A stretch of 64,000 bases of DNA, taken from the IMG/VR virus record IMGVR_UViG_3300014204_000128, positions 49,384 to 113,383 of that record; one strand, given 5' to 3'. This DNA comes from a virus. Taxonomy: Duplodnaviria > Caudoviricetes. Below are positions 1-9,600 of this stretch, one piece after another (within the stretch, counting starts at the first letter, position 1; each line of letters begins with the position of its first letter). The position numbers and the translations under genes are program-made. The notes under the pieces were generated by a model, which saw only the letters and a program-made list of their open reading frames with translations, was not told the origin of the DNA and made no database searches.

Positions 1-1
1 C

Positions 2-715
2 TTCTTTGACTTCGAGTTGACAGATGCAGCACGCCAGTCTATCTCAGGTGAAATAAACAAACTGTTGAAGGGTACGGCAGCGAAAGGGTGTGATGAAAAG
101 TGGAAGGCAAATATATTCGACGTTCACACGTGGGACATATTCGAAGGGGTAAAAAGTGAAGTATCATATAACAAAAGAAGATATATTCTCGAAGGTATTC
201 ACAAGTTAACGCTCAGGGATGGTGAACTTAAAAATATACTCATTGCTGAAAGATGGAAGGTTCATAATTATGAAGAACTGTTAGCACTATTTACACTTGT
301 ACTAGAACAAGGATGTGAGGGTCTGGTGGTGAAATGTGGATCAGGTGTGTATGAGTTGAAAAGATCAAAGAACTGGGTTAAGTGTAAGGCTGTGAAGGAT
401 TGTGATCTAATGATAGTATCATGGTTCAAAGGAGAACAAGGAACTAAACGTGAAAAATCAATAGGTGGTTTCACTTGTGTAAGTTCTGACGGTGGTTTGG
501 TTGTATCGGTTGGTTCCGGTTTCAAAGATAAGATGTTAGATGAAATCATGAAAAATGGGCCTGACTCATATATTGGTAAAATAGCAAAGATAAAGTACAA
601 TATGACTATTACCAAGAGTGATAGTGATATAATGTCTCTATTCCTACCGAGATTCGTTGAGATACGAATTGACAAGGCAGTGGCAAACTCAATAGAAGAA
701 ATAAAGAACATCTAA
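2..715 (+). CDS. lig: ATP-dependent DNA ligase (5'-truncated by window edge)
   Basis: Frame open from position 2. Ligase motifs FDFEL (III), IFDV (IIIa), EGLVVK (IV), WVKCK (V), OB-fold VGSGF and FLPRF-EIRIDK (VI). Confidence 0.93.
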   Translation, partial: FFDFELTDAARQSISGEINKLLKGTAAKGCDEKWKANIFDVHTWDIFEGVKSEVSYNKRRYILEGIHKLTLRDGELKNILIAERWKVHNYEELLALFTLVLEQGCEGLVVKCGSGVYELKRSKNWVKCKAVKDCDLMIVSWFKGEQGTKREKSIGGFTCVSSDGGLVVSVGSGFKDKMLDEIMKNGPDSYIGKIAKIKYNMTITKSDSDIMSLFLPRFVEIRIDKAVANSIEEIKNI

Positions 716-1114
716 TTGTAACGAAATTTAAAACATAAGGGTATGACAAGGGAAGAAGGTAAAGAAACTATTAAACGTGCTGAAGAACGTTTCACTGAGC
801 TTACTAACAATTTAACCAAAAACATCACAATGATGGTATCTGTTATTACAGGGGTGCTGAATGGGTATTCAATCATGATTTAAAAACCAATATAGTTTGA
901 ATAAGGTATTCGTTAATAAGGTCAGTTTTTGAATCTAAGTTTGGTTTTAACTAACAATAAGATCAAAGAGTTAACTACTAGTTGGGTAAATACATAGGTT
1001 GCGATGGGTTTACAACTGGTAAGTGCTCCAGGACGTACCACCAATGGTTTGGTAAACACACTAGTTGCAGTGAATTAATAGCATTAGAAATAAAAACAAC
1101 TAACTATTTAGAAA

Positions 1115-1402
1115 ATGAAGACAAAAGACGGGGAAGGTAACAGGGTCGTGTATGTAGTGCAATCAACTATCAATATGGATGAAATTTATGTATTCACTGA
1201 AAATCCAGTCATGTGCGAAACTATGAGTAAAGTAACAGGTTCTAAGTGGTCTGCTGAAACAATAGTATATCACACTAATAAAAAGAAAGAACGTAAATTC
1301 GAATACAGGGGTTATAAGATACATGTGTGTGCTGAAATAAAGGGTCCAAGTAGGGGAAGCATAGAAAAAATGTTAAAGAAACGATTTGAATCAATTCATT
1401 AA
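1115..1402 (+). CDS. hypothetical protein
   Basis: 95-aa ORF with A-rich upstream context; no recognised motif. Confidence 0.6.
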   Translation: MKTKDGEGNRVVYVVQSTINMDEIYVFTENPVMCETMSKVTGSKWSAETIVYHTNKKKERKFEYRGYKIHVCAEIKGPSRGSIEKMLKKRFESIH

Positions 1403-1420
1403 TAAATTATAGTAAAGAAA

Positions 1421-1464
1421 CTACGTACAAAAAGTACCACTTTTTTGGAACTATGCAAATGAGA
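1421..1464. repeat. 44-bp dispersed repeat, copy 1 (copy 2 at 63355-63398)
   Basis: CTACGTACAAAAAGTACCACTTTTTTGGAACTATGCAAATGAGA; 43/44 identical to 63355-63398. Confidence 0.95.
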
Positions 1465-1481
1465 AAACAAAGACGGACTAT

Positions 1482-1895
1482 ATGGATTATATAAAAGAAC
1501 ATTTAGATAAAATATGCAGTTACATATCTTCAAAAGACACTAATACGAAGATATCATTGCTAAACGAGGTAAGGGAAAGATTGCACAGCATTTCTCCTTT
1601 CAAGAACGAACCCAGTTGATTTAGTAACATGGGTTCCTAATAATATAGTAGTGGCAAACGACTACAATCCAAACAAGGTAGCACCACCAGAAATGGAACT
1701 ACTTGAAGTTTCAATAGTAAATGATGGTTACACACAACCTATAGTGACGTGGTCTGAAGGTAACGGTAAAGTAGAAGTAATAGACGGTTTTCACAGGAAC
1801 AGGGTCGGTAAAGAGTCTAATCTTGTCAGGCAACGTGTACTAGGTTACCTTCCAGTTGTAGGAATTCACAAAGAACAGTCTAACAAGAGTGACAG
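1482..1895 (+). pseudogene. ibrB/ybdM-like ParB/Srx-domain pseudogene (frameshifted and 3'-truncated)
   Basis: ATG 1482 reads ...LHSISPFKNEP, then stops at TGA 1617. The +1 frame continues PVDLVTWV..ANDYNPNKVAPPEMELL..IDGFHR..GYLPV, matching YbdM/IbrB. The conserved STIRHNRARG motif is missing after KSDR. Confidence 0.85.
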
Positions 1896-2040
1896 GAACA
1901 TGCTAGTAGCTAGTATAGCATGCGTGCATGGTGAGGTAATAATGACATGGGGTACTAATGAAGAAGACAAGGTAAAGTACAAGGCTTTCAATTACAGATG
2001 GTATCAATGCACGGTGATAAGTTCAACGGGTCATTCATAA

Positions 2041-2601
2041 ATGTACTATGTAATAAACTATATAATACTAAATAACATGCTAGACTTCGCATATTCACAT
2101 GACTCAGATATAAATAACGAGTACAGGAAATTACAGTTATCAGGTAAACACAAGGGTGCATTCTCATGCGGATACACAAGGTACAGTATTGATATAGAAA
2201 GCACGGACTGGAATACTATCCAGATGGTATCAATGAATGGTGACAGGTTCAACGGTTACTTCGAAGCACAACTAAGAAGGGATTCTAACAGGGTTTCATC
2301 ATTGTTCATATTCAGTGTTGAAGATGGTAACAAGTTGACGTACGGGAGGGATCTGGTAAGTTTCTTCAAACTGCTACTAGGTAGGTTCAACAAGGTAAAT
2401 TTCAACGTCAACGTTGGTCATTACATGGAGGAAGTATACGACAGGATAGTAGAAAGACTAGGTGGTCGTGTCGTTGGTATCTATAAAGACCACGTGACGT
2501 TGCCTAACGGTAAACTGGTAGATAAGAAGGTGTACGAGATAATGTGCAACGATAATACTCCAGAGATAAAGAAAGAAGAAAATAAGACAATGGAATGTTA
2601 A
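2041..2601 (+). CDS. putative GNAT (RimJ-like) N-acetyltransferase fold protein
   Basis: C-terminal KVNFNVNVG..Y.R...LGGRVVGIYKDHV...NGKLVDKKVYEI resembles the RimJ/RimL GNAT C-terminus. Confidence 0.55.
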   Translation: MYYVINYIILNNMLDFAYSHDSDINNEYRKLQLSGKHKGAFSCGYTRYSIDIESTDWNTIQMVSMNGDRFNGYFEAQLRRDSNRVSSLFIFSVEDGNKLTYGRDLVSFFKLLLGRFNKVNFNVNVGHYMEEVYDRIVERLGGRVVGIYKDHVTLPNGKLVDKKVYEIMCNDNTPEIKKEENKTMEC

Positions 2602-2671
2602 ACAAAATATGTACAGGGAAGTGTTTGGTGTATAAACAAGATGTAAAAATATTTTCTAAATTCCTTCAATA

Positions 2672-2705
2672 TTTGTATTAAATATCGTAACATTTCATAT
2701 CTTTG
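2672..2705 (+). promoter_or_regulatory. Bacteroidota-type housekeeping (early) promoter
   Basis: TTTG (2672-2675), 22-nt spacer, TATCTTTG (2698-2705); matches the -33/-7 TAnnTTTG consensus. Confidence 0.7.
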
Positions 2706-2807
2706 TAACGTTAAAACAGTATAGAACGAAACACAATACTAATTATTATTAAAACTTAGAAATCATGTCAGCAACTTAACGATCATAATTATCTCGGGTG
2801 TGGGGTT

Positions 2808-3023
2808 GTGAACTATTTCCGTGTAGACCCAAGAAATATAATCAAACAAATACCTGAAATCATTAATCACTATGAAATATTCAAATCAAAATACGGTGAT
2901 AAACTTACCAACTGGGTATGGTCTGAAAGGTCAATATCAGACATGGAAGAGTTGGAAAGTAGTGATATCGAATTTGATTTCACGCTTATAGGTACTGAAT
3001 TAGTAGAAAAACTTCTATCATGA
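2808..3023 (+). CDS. hypothetical protein (possibly 5'-decayed)
   Basis: 71-aa ORF downstream of an early-type promoter. Confidence 0.4.
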   Translation: MNYFRVDPRNIIKQIPEIINHYEIFKSKYGDKLTNWVWSERSISDMEELESSDIEFDFTLIGTELVEKLLS

Positions 3024-3211
3024 AAACAATAATAGTAACATCGAAAATGATAATGTCAGTAGCATGTAGTTTGAAGAATTACTGGTTAGACATGGCTGAC
3101 ATCTTTATAGGGTTGATCATGATAATGGTGGCATCATTGTTTACCATGTCATGGTGTGTAAACGGTTTCGACCGTTACATCTTGACTATACTGGAAAGTT
3201 TTAATATCTGA
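3020..3211 (+). CDS. small membrane protein
   Basis: Hydrophobic segment IFIGLIMIMVASLFTMSW; ATGA overlap with the upstream ORF. Confidence 0.5.
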   Translation: MKTIIVTSKMIMSVACSLKNYWLDMADIFIGLIMIMVASLFTMSWCVNGFDRYILTILESFNI

Positions 3212-3251
3212 TAGAATAATACTTTTCAGTAAATTATTTATTAGTAAATAG

Positions 3252-3281
3252 TTTGTATTTAAAAAGTATTTACTATATTTG
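3252..3281 (+). promoter_or_regulatory. Bacteroidota-type promoter driving the SNF2-IbrAB cassette
   Basis: TTTG (3252), 18-nt spacer, TATATTTG (3274-3281). Confidence 0.7.
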
Positions 3282-3343
3282 TAATGTGAATATATCACAA
3301 CCCAATGACTGAAGGGAAAAGAAGTTAGATAAAACTTACCACA

Positions 3344-3907
3344 ATGAATGCAACTATTAAAACAATCAGCATTGAAGCATTAGCTGAAAAAATCAACGGA
3401 AAATTATGGGTTAAAGGTGATGTAAAACGTATCTATTTAGATTGCGGTTACAACACAAATAAAATGTCAACCAAAACTTATGTATTCCAACGCCAAGACG
3501 GAACATTCGGAGTTAGTTGCACTGTTGACTGTCCAAGTCAAGACCCTGCTTGGATTAACTCACAAGAGGAAGCGATTGTAAATCCTTTAATGGAACAAAT
3601 CAATGAAGTTATTGAGGAGTTTGGACACGAAATTGAAAACCCTGCAATTGAAATAAAAGCTACATTAGATGCAGAAGAGCAAGTTCAGGGCTATTATATG
3701 AGATGGCACGAGGTAAGAGTTGCAATTAACTCTTATGGAAAATTAGCTTATCGTAAACGTCAAAAAGTTCACACCTATAAAGGGGCGGGTTCAAAAACTC
3801 CTTCTGGTTTTATCGCTTTAAATGATAATCATTTTGCACAAGCACTTGAAATTGAAAGCAAAGAAAGTTTATTTGAATTTGGTCAAACTCCAAACTTTAA
3901 AGACTAA
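3344..3907 (+). CDS. hypothetical protein (first gene of putative imported cassette)
   Basis: 187-aa ORF with LWVKGDVKRIYL motif; codon style differs from the phage backbone. Confidence 0.75.
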   Translation: MNATIKTISIEALAEKINGKLWVKGDVKRIYLDCGYNTNKMSTKTYVFQRQDGTFGVSCTVDCPSQDPAWINSQEEAIVNPLMEQINEVIEEFGHEIENPAIEIKATLDAEEQVQGYYMRWHEVRVAINSYGKLAYRKRQKVHTYKGAGSKTPSGFIALNDNHFAQALEIESKESLFEFGQTPNFKD

Positions 3908-4188
3908 TGATAAAATCAGTCAATATAAAGTTTGAAAAATTACTACACGATACGGGCAAGGCAATACTTGTCCGTATCAATGGGGCTGAACATTGGATAC
4001 CAAAGAAACTTTGCAGAAAATTGATTGTAAATAATAAGATGGGAGGCAACGTATGTATTCCAACATTCATAGCTGAGCAAATTGGATTTGATATAGAAGA
4101 TTGCAGCCCTGATGTAGAAGTAATTCATCACATACCTGAAGCACAAGACAAAGCAAATATAAAGCACGATGCAGACCTTTTTAGATAG
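3907..4188 (+). CDS. hypothetical small beta-barrel protein
   Basis: TGKAILVRING-EHWIPK motif; translationally coupled. Confidence 0.7.
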   Translation: MIKSVNIKFEKLLHDTGKAILVRINGAEHWIPKKLCRKLIVNNKMGGNVCIPTFIAEQIGFDIEDCSPDVEVIHHIPEAQDKANIKHDADLFR

Positions 4189-5365
4189 CCAAATAAAAGC
4201 AATTGATAAATTGAACGCTGTTAAGTGCGGTGCTTTATTTATGGAGGCTGGCACAGGCAAAACACGTTCGGCTTTAGAACTCATAAAAAATACTGATGCC
4301 GATTACATATTGTGGTTTACTCCATTTCAAACAAAGGAAAATTTACAGGCTGAAATAAATAAATGGGGCGGATTAGATTGTGATATTGTTGGCATTGAAA
4401 GCATTCAAAACAGCGATAGAATTTATTTAGAACTTTCTCAAAAATGCGAACAAGCTAAAAAGGCATTTATTGTTGTTGACGAAAGTCTGAAGATAAAAAA
4501 CTCTGATGCCAATAGAACACAACGCCTTTTGCAATTGGCTGAAAAATCAGCTTATCGTATAATATTGAATGGAACACCGTTGAGCCGAAACTTGCTTGAC
4601 CTGTGGTCGCAAATGGAATTTCTTTCTCCAAAAATTCTAAAGATGGGATTGGCAGAGTTTAAAAATACCTTCTGCGAATACATAAAAGTAACCTATCATT
4701 TACAAGGCTTTGGAATGTCTTACTCAAAAGAGTTTATCAAAAAATATCACAACATTGATTATCTCTATTCATTGATTGAGCCGTTTATTTTTGAAAGCAA
4801 ACTATCATTGAGTATTGGGCAGCAGCATATTGATATTGATTATAGTTTAACTGATGAAGAAAAGGCACAACACGACAAACTGAAAGAAAAGTATTTAGAT
4901 AATGAATATTTGCTTGCAAAGAACAACAATATCTTTTTGGAAATTACCCAAAAGATGCAGCATAATTATTCTTTAAGCCATTCAAAATTTGAGATAGTAG
5001 ATAAGTTGTTGTCAGAAATTGACAAGTCAAAAGTTTTGATTTACGCAAAGTATATAGACACTCAGGAGCAACTTTCAAAGCACTATAAAGATGTTCGTAT
5101 AATGAGCCTACAAAAACACTCATACGGTTTGAATTTGCAGGATTACAACGCAATAGTTTTTTGGGATAAGACTTGGGATTATGCCCAGCGTGAACAAATT
5201 GAAAGGAGAATATTCCGCACCGGGCAAATATCAAATTGCGTTTACTATGATTTAACTGGAAATGTTGGACTTGAAGGAATGATAAATCAAAACATTGAAC
5301 GTAAAAGAAACTTACTTGATGTATTTGCAGAAATGAGTGTTGAACAATTAAGAAAAAAATTATGA
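4169..5365 (+). CDS. SNF2-family (SF2) helicase/translocase
   Basis: ALFMEAGTGKT (Walker A), VVDES (Walker B), LNGTP (III), DLWSQMEFL, GLNLQ (V), QIERRIFRTGQ (VI). Confidence 0.9.
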   Translation: MQTFLDSQIKAIDKLNAVKCGALFMEAGTGKTRSALELIKNTDADYILWFTPFQTKENLQAEINKWGGLDCDIVGIESIQNSDRIYLELSQKCEQAKKAFIVVDESLKIKNSDANRTQRLLQLAEKSAYRIILNGTPLSRNLLDLWSQMEFLSPKILKMGLAEFKNTFCEYIKVTYHLQGFGMSYSKEFIKKYHNIDYLYSLIEPFIFESKLSLSIGQQHIDIDYSLTDEEKAQHDKLKEKYLDNEYLLAKNNNIFLEITQKMQHNYSLSHSKFEIVDKLLSEIDKSKVLIYAKYIDTQEQLSKHYKDVRIMSLQKHSYGLNLQDYNAIVFWDKTWDYAQREQIERRIFRTGQISNCVYYDLTGNVGLEGMINQNIERKRNLLDVFAEMSVEQLRKKL

Positions 5366-6636
5366 ATGTTTACGAAGCTACACAGCAACGATTAAAGATA
5401 ATATTTTCAGAGTTTGATAACGTTTATGTTTCATTCTCTGGCGGCAAGGATAGTGGAGTATTACTAAACCTTTGCATTGACTATATACGCCAGCATAATT
5501 TGAATATAAAACTCGGAGTTTTCCATTTAGATTATGAAGCTCAATACCAAATGACAACCGAATATGTCAATAAAACACTTGCTGAAAATACTGATATACT
5601 TGAAGTTTATCGTTGTTGCGTTCCTTTTAAGGTTGCCACATGCACGTCAATGCACCAAAATTACTGGCGACCTTGGGAAGAATCAAAACAAGATATTTGG
5701 GTTAGTAAAATGCCTGAGAATTGCTTTACAAAAAAGGACTTTTCATATTTTAAACCTACTATGTGGGATTATGAGTTTCAGGAACGATTTAGCCAATGGC
5801 TTCACGAACGAAACAGAGCAAAAAAAACATGTTGTCTTGTAGGCATCCGCACACAGGAAAGTCTTAATCGTTGGCGTGCTATTCACAGTGACCGCAATTA
5901 CAAAAAATACAATGGTTTGAATTGGACAAAAGAAATGTACGAAAATGTTTATAATGCTTATCCTATATACGATTGGATCACAACTGATGTGTGGACAGCA
6001 AACGGGCGTTTTAAATGGGATTACAATAAACTTTATGACTTATATTATAAGGCTGGAGTTGGTATAGAACAACAAAGAGTTGCAAGTCCTTTTCTTTCAA
6101 CCGCTCAAGGAAGCCTTAAACTTTATAAAATAATTGAACCTAACACATGGGGTAAACTAATAAGCCGTGTGAATGGCGTTAATTTTACGGGCTTATATGG
6201 TGGAACAACTGCAATGGGTTGGAATACAATTAAACTGCCCAAAGGCCACACGTGGGAAAGTTATATGTACTTTCTTTTAAGCACATTACCTGAAGAAACC
6301 AAGGCTAATTATTTAGATAAACTTTCAACAAGCATGAGGTTTTGGCGTGAAAAAGGCGGTGTTCTTTCATCATTAACCATTGATAAGTTAAAGAAGTCAG
6401 GTATTAAATTTGAAGTTGGAAAAACAACCAATTATAATACTTCAAAGTTGCCTGTTAAAATGGATTACATTGATGAAATTGATATTGCAGAAGCTAAAGA
6501 AATACCAACGTTTAAAAGAATGTGTATTTGCATTATGAAAAACGACCATTTGTGTAAATACATGGGATTTACTCTCACAAAAAACGAAATGGCCAGACGT
6601 AAGAATATTATCGAAAAATATAAACCATTATTATGA
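5362..6636 (+). CDS. ibrA: IbrA/YbdN-like PAPS-reductase (PP-loop) family protein with DUF3440-type C-terminus
   Basis: SFSGGKDS PP-loop, LDYEAQY, VGIRTQESLNRW, YPIYDW, C-terminal CICIMKNDHLCK. Confidence 0.9.
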   Translation: MNVYEATQQRLKIIFSEFDNVYVSFSGGKDSGVLLNLCIDYIRQHNLNIKLGVFHLDYEAQYQMTTEYVNKTLAENTDILEVYRCCVPFKVATCTSMHQNYWRPWEESKQDIWVSKMPENCFTKKDFSYFKPTMWDYEFQERFSQWLHERNRAKKTCCLVGIRTQESLNRWRAIHSDRNYKKYNGLNWTKEMYENVYNAYPIYDWITTDVWTANGRFKWDYNKLYDLYYKAGVGIEQQRVASPFLSTAQGSLKLYKIIEPNTWGKLISRVNGVNFTGLYGGTTAMGWNTIKLPKGHTWESYMYFLLSTLPEETKANYLDKLSTSMRFWREKGGVLSSLTIDKLKKSGIKFEVGKTTNYNTSKLPVKMDYIDEIDIAEAKEIPTFKRMCICIMKNDHLCKYMGFTLTKNEMARRKNIIEKYKPLL

Positions 6637-7148
6637 TGAAATCACCAGTTTACAACGTAAAGGCTGTGCCAATTGAAAAGATACACGCCAATAGTTACAA
6701 TCCTAATTCAGTTGCTCCACCCGAAATGAAGCTATTGTATCAGTCTATTAAAGAAGATGGATATACGATGCCTATTGTATGTTATTATATATCTGAAACA
6801 GATAGTTATGAAATTGTAGACGGTTATCATAGATATACTGTTATGCTTACCCATAAGGATATTTATGAGAGAGAAAAGGGATTAATGCCTGTAGTTGTGA
6901 TAGAAAAGGACGAATCTAATAGAATGGCATCAACAATACGACATAATAGAGCAAGAGGTAGCCACAATATTGAATTGATGAGTAATATAGTATCTGAACT
7001 CACTAAAGCAGGAATGAGTGATGCTTGGATATTAAAAAATATTGGCATGGATGCGGATGAGTTATTGAGATTAAAACAAATAACAGGACTTGCATCATTA
7101 TTTTCAGACAAAGAATTTTCCCGTAGTTGGGAAGTAGATAAACCCTGA
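6633..7148 (+). CDS. ibrB: IbrB/YbdM-like ParB/Srx-domain protein
   Basis: ANSYNPNSVAPPEM, IVDGYHR, STIRHNRARG, GMDADELLRLKQITGL. Confidence 0.92.
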   Translation: MMKSPVYNVKAVPIEKIHANSYNPNSVAPPEMKLLYQSIKEDGYTMPIVCYYISETDSYEIVDGYHRYTVMLTHKDIYEREKGLMPVVVIEKDESNRMASTIRHNRARGSHNIELMSNIVSELTKAGMSDAWILKNIGMDADELLRLKQITGLASLFSDKEFSRSWEVDKP

Positions 7149-7225
7149 TTTTACTGTGGTAAGTTTTATAGGGCTGGCGAAGTGGGGAGGATGCTAGTTG
7201 CTCCCTTATTAAATAAAATAACAAA

Positions 7226-7372
7226 ATGAAAACAAAAAAAGTAACAATTAGTCTTACTCAAGAACAGCAGGACAAAGCAAAAAAAGACAGTACAAGGGTG
7301 TTTGGTAAAGAAAACCTTTCCGGGTATATCCAGGTTTTAATACAAAAAGGTTCTGAAAAGATAAACAGGTAG
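7226..7372 (+). CDS. putative ribbon-helix-helix DNA-binding peptide (48 aa, below ORF-track cutoff)
   Basis: MKTKKVTISLTQEQQDKAKK...GKENLSGYIQVLI: alternating beta-strand followed by two helices, CopG/Arc-like. Confidence 0.5.
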   Translation: MKTKKVTISLTQEQQDKAKKDSTRVFGKENLSGYIQVLIQKGSEKINR

Positions 7373-7646
7373 TATAATAAGGTCATTGTTCAAAATAGAA
7401 TAATAACGTACGTATTTAAGTAGTGCTAACATTTAATATATAAATATGGCAAAAAGTAATGAAAATTTAGTCGAATTGGGTGAAGACAAGCCAGAGTTCT
7501 CTAAGAACGTCGCATTAGGTCTAGTAAGAAACACCGAACAGGATCAGCGTATTTGACAGTGGTCAGTAGTGAATTCTTGCCTAACGGGCAAAGTAAATCA
7601 GTAAATACATCAAGTAATAGAACTGAAACTAAATTAGCTGATTAGT

Positions 7647-7826
7647 ATGTTTAAGAATAAGAAATTAACTATGTTTTTGACAGACACTGAAACAGGTAAT
7701 ACGGTGAACTGTGAAACAAACTTGGAAGAGATGTTGGAAACTTCCGAAAAGACAGGTACTAATACATTAATATCCGTTGTATCAGCAATGGTAGAACAAT
7801 TAGATAACTTTAAAAAGGAAGGATAA
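7647..7826 (+). CDS. hypothetical protein (59 aa)
   Basis: ATG-TAA ORF MFKNKKLTMFLTDTETG..., read manually. Confidence 0.4.
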   Translation: MFKNKKLTMFLTDTETGNTVNCETNLEEMLETSEKTGTNTLISVVSAMVEQLDNFKKEG

Positions 7827-8053
7827 TGTTATGGTTGTATGAAAAAGTAGGTCCTACTACTGTATTTATATTCAAGTGTTTTATATTTATAATACCATTT
7901 GCAAAAGCTTGGAATTGTAGATAACACATTGAGTAAACAAACAACGTAATACATCGTATAACCTGGTGTATTAAGTTCATTGATAAAGTAGGGGTATTAC
8001 TAGAAAATAAATATTTTGTATATTCGTGGTTCCATACCACGTTGTATACACAG

Positions 8054-8153
8054 AAACAATACTGCTAGGACAGTCACAGGACGTGATGGTAACAGGCTGG
8101 TGAAACCCGGGAGCATCTAATGTAACTCGGGCATATCCGAAGCAGTATTGTTT
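8054..8153 (+). ncRNA. candidate structured non-coding RNA / cis-regulatory element
   Basis: Perfect 13-bp closing stem AAACAATACTGCT/AGCAGTATTGTTT enclosing two hairpins; GC-rich island in an AT-rich intergenic region. Strand assumed from context. Confidence 0.5.
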
Positions 8154-8190
8154 TCAATATAAAATTATTAATATATTAATGTTTTAAATA

Positions 8191-8811
8191 ATGAACGAAG
8201 AGAACTTAATACTCAATGAAACGGAAGTCAGAAACTCCAATTTAGATAATGTCATTGCACTCATGTGCTCAAATGGCCTAACTGATTACACGGAACTAGT
8301 AAAGGGAAAGAACGCACTAGATACACTCGCAATTACGTGTTGCTTCTTAGGATCTAAGAACATTGCTGAAAAATCAACAGAAGGATACATGGTGATAGAC
8401 TTGCCATCACTCGGTTACAGGTTAGATAATGTAATAGTTTCTAAAAACTCTGAACATGGGCCAAACGTTCTTTATACAATTGTTTCTTTCAGACTTGTCA
8501 AGATATACCATGTGATTAGTTATAAGAACTCTACTGACGGGGTTCTCTCTTTATTCAATCATAAAAATAAAGGGTATACACGTGACTTACGAGTAGCTGG
8601 TATCTATACTGAAGAAGATATTAAGCATAGTTTAGACTATTACCATAATGGTAACAACGTATGTATTCGCACTAACAAATTGTATTCTCACTTCACTTCT
8701 GCACATATTGTAGATTACATGAAGTTACCTGAATTAGATTACACAGTAAGTAAAAAGGTACTAGAGGTTTCAGACATGGGAAGTTCAACGGAAACAGAAA
8801 AAAGTGAATAA
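8191..8811 (+). CDS. hypothetical protein
   Basis: 206-aa ORF; C-terminal KGYTRDLRVAGIYT motif typical of small phage proteins. Confidence 0.7.
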   Translation: MNEENLILNETEVRNSNLDNVIALMCSNGLTDYTELVKGKNALDTLAITCCFLGSKNIAEKSTEGYMVIDLPSLGYRLDNVIVSKNSEHGPNVLYTIVSFRLVKIYHVISYKNSTDGVLSLFNHKNKGYTRDLRVAGIYTEEDIKHSLDYYHNGNNVCIRTNKLYSHFTSAHIVDYMKLPELDYTVSKKVLEVSDMGSSTETEKSE

Positions 8812-9418
8812 AATAAACTTACTAAAATTAGTAGCAAGGGCAACTTTATTGTTGTCCTTGTTATTTACTCACAGTTGTAACGAAACTGTCGAGAAACGGC
8901 CAGAGAAACGTATTGTGTACAAAACGGTACACGTTCGCAGAACTCTATTATACAATAAACAGGACTACGAAGAACTAGTATCTAAACTAAAGGAGTGGGA
9001 ATCATTTAGGGGGAATTTGTTCATAGGTTGCGCAGGAGAACGACTCATAGGATATGGTCACTTGGTTAGATGGAAAGACAAGCATAAATTCAGGAACGGA
9101 ATAACAGAAATACAGGCTGACAGTATACTCAGGTCAGACATAAACTACTTTATAAAGTACTCTTACAAGAAGACAGGCTTCAGTGGTAAGAAACTGCTAG
9201 CTGTTTCATCTCTAGTGTTCAACTCTGGAACTGCAAAATTCACACGGTCTAAACTGTACAAATACATGATGTGTAATAATGACTCAACAGGCATGACGTG
9301 GTTATCGTGGTGTAAGTACAAGAATAACAAAAAGTGGGTCACTAGTGAACACTTGAAGAAAAGAAGGGTCTGGGAAGTAGAAACGTATAATAGTTGTAAA
9401 ACAAATAAAAACAGATAG
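8804..9418 (+). CDS. GH24/T4-lysozyme-fold protein with N-terminal signal (possible lipoprotein)
   Basis: LKEWES...IGYGH, GITE.QAD.IL.SD, SLVFNSG, W..W, L..RR..E. N-terminal hydrophobic stretch ends in HSC. Confidence 0.8.
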   Translation: MNKINLLKLVARATLLLSLLFTHSCNETVEKRPEKRIVYKTVHVRRTLLYNKQDYEELVSKLKEWESFRGNLFIGCAGERLIGYGHLVRWKDKHKFRNGITEIQADSILRSDINYFIKYSYKKTGFSGKKLLAVSSLVFNSGTAKFTRSKLYKYMMCNNDSTGMTWLSWCKYKNNKKWVTSEHLKKRRVWEVETYNSCKTNKNR

Positions 9419-9600
9419 TATACGGGCAACATTAAGAAAGACTTGATCGTGTTATTAAAAAGCAGGTACTCAGATTTAAATGCAGAATTAAAAACTAAGT
9501 TGAAAAGTGTTCCATCTGACACTAGTTATGTAGAGGGTCAGATAGCCGAAATAAATAATATTGCAGCAAGATTTGAAATACAACTAAAGGGTAAGTAACA

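Noticed and set aside
743-1080. Short ORF fragments after the ligase (also 7447-7640)
   Set aside because: Probably decayed genes, but no recognisable homology to support a call.
8096-8145. Hammerhead ribozyme suggested by CTGGTGA...GAA
   Set aside because: The core deviates from CUGANGA, and GAAA is not placed directly after stem II.
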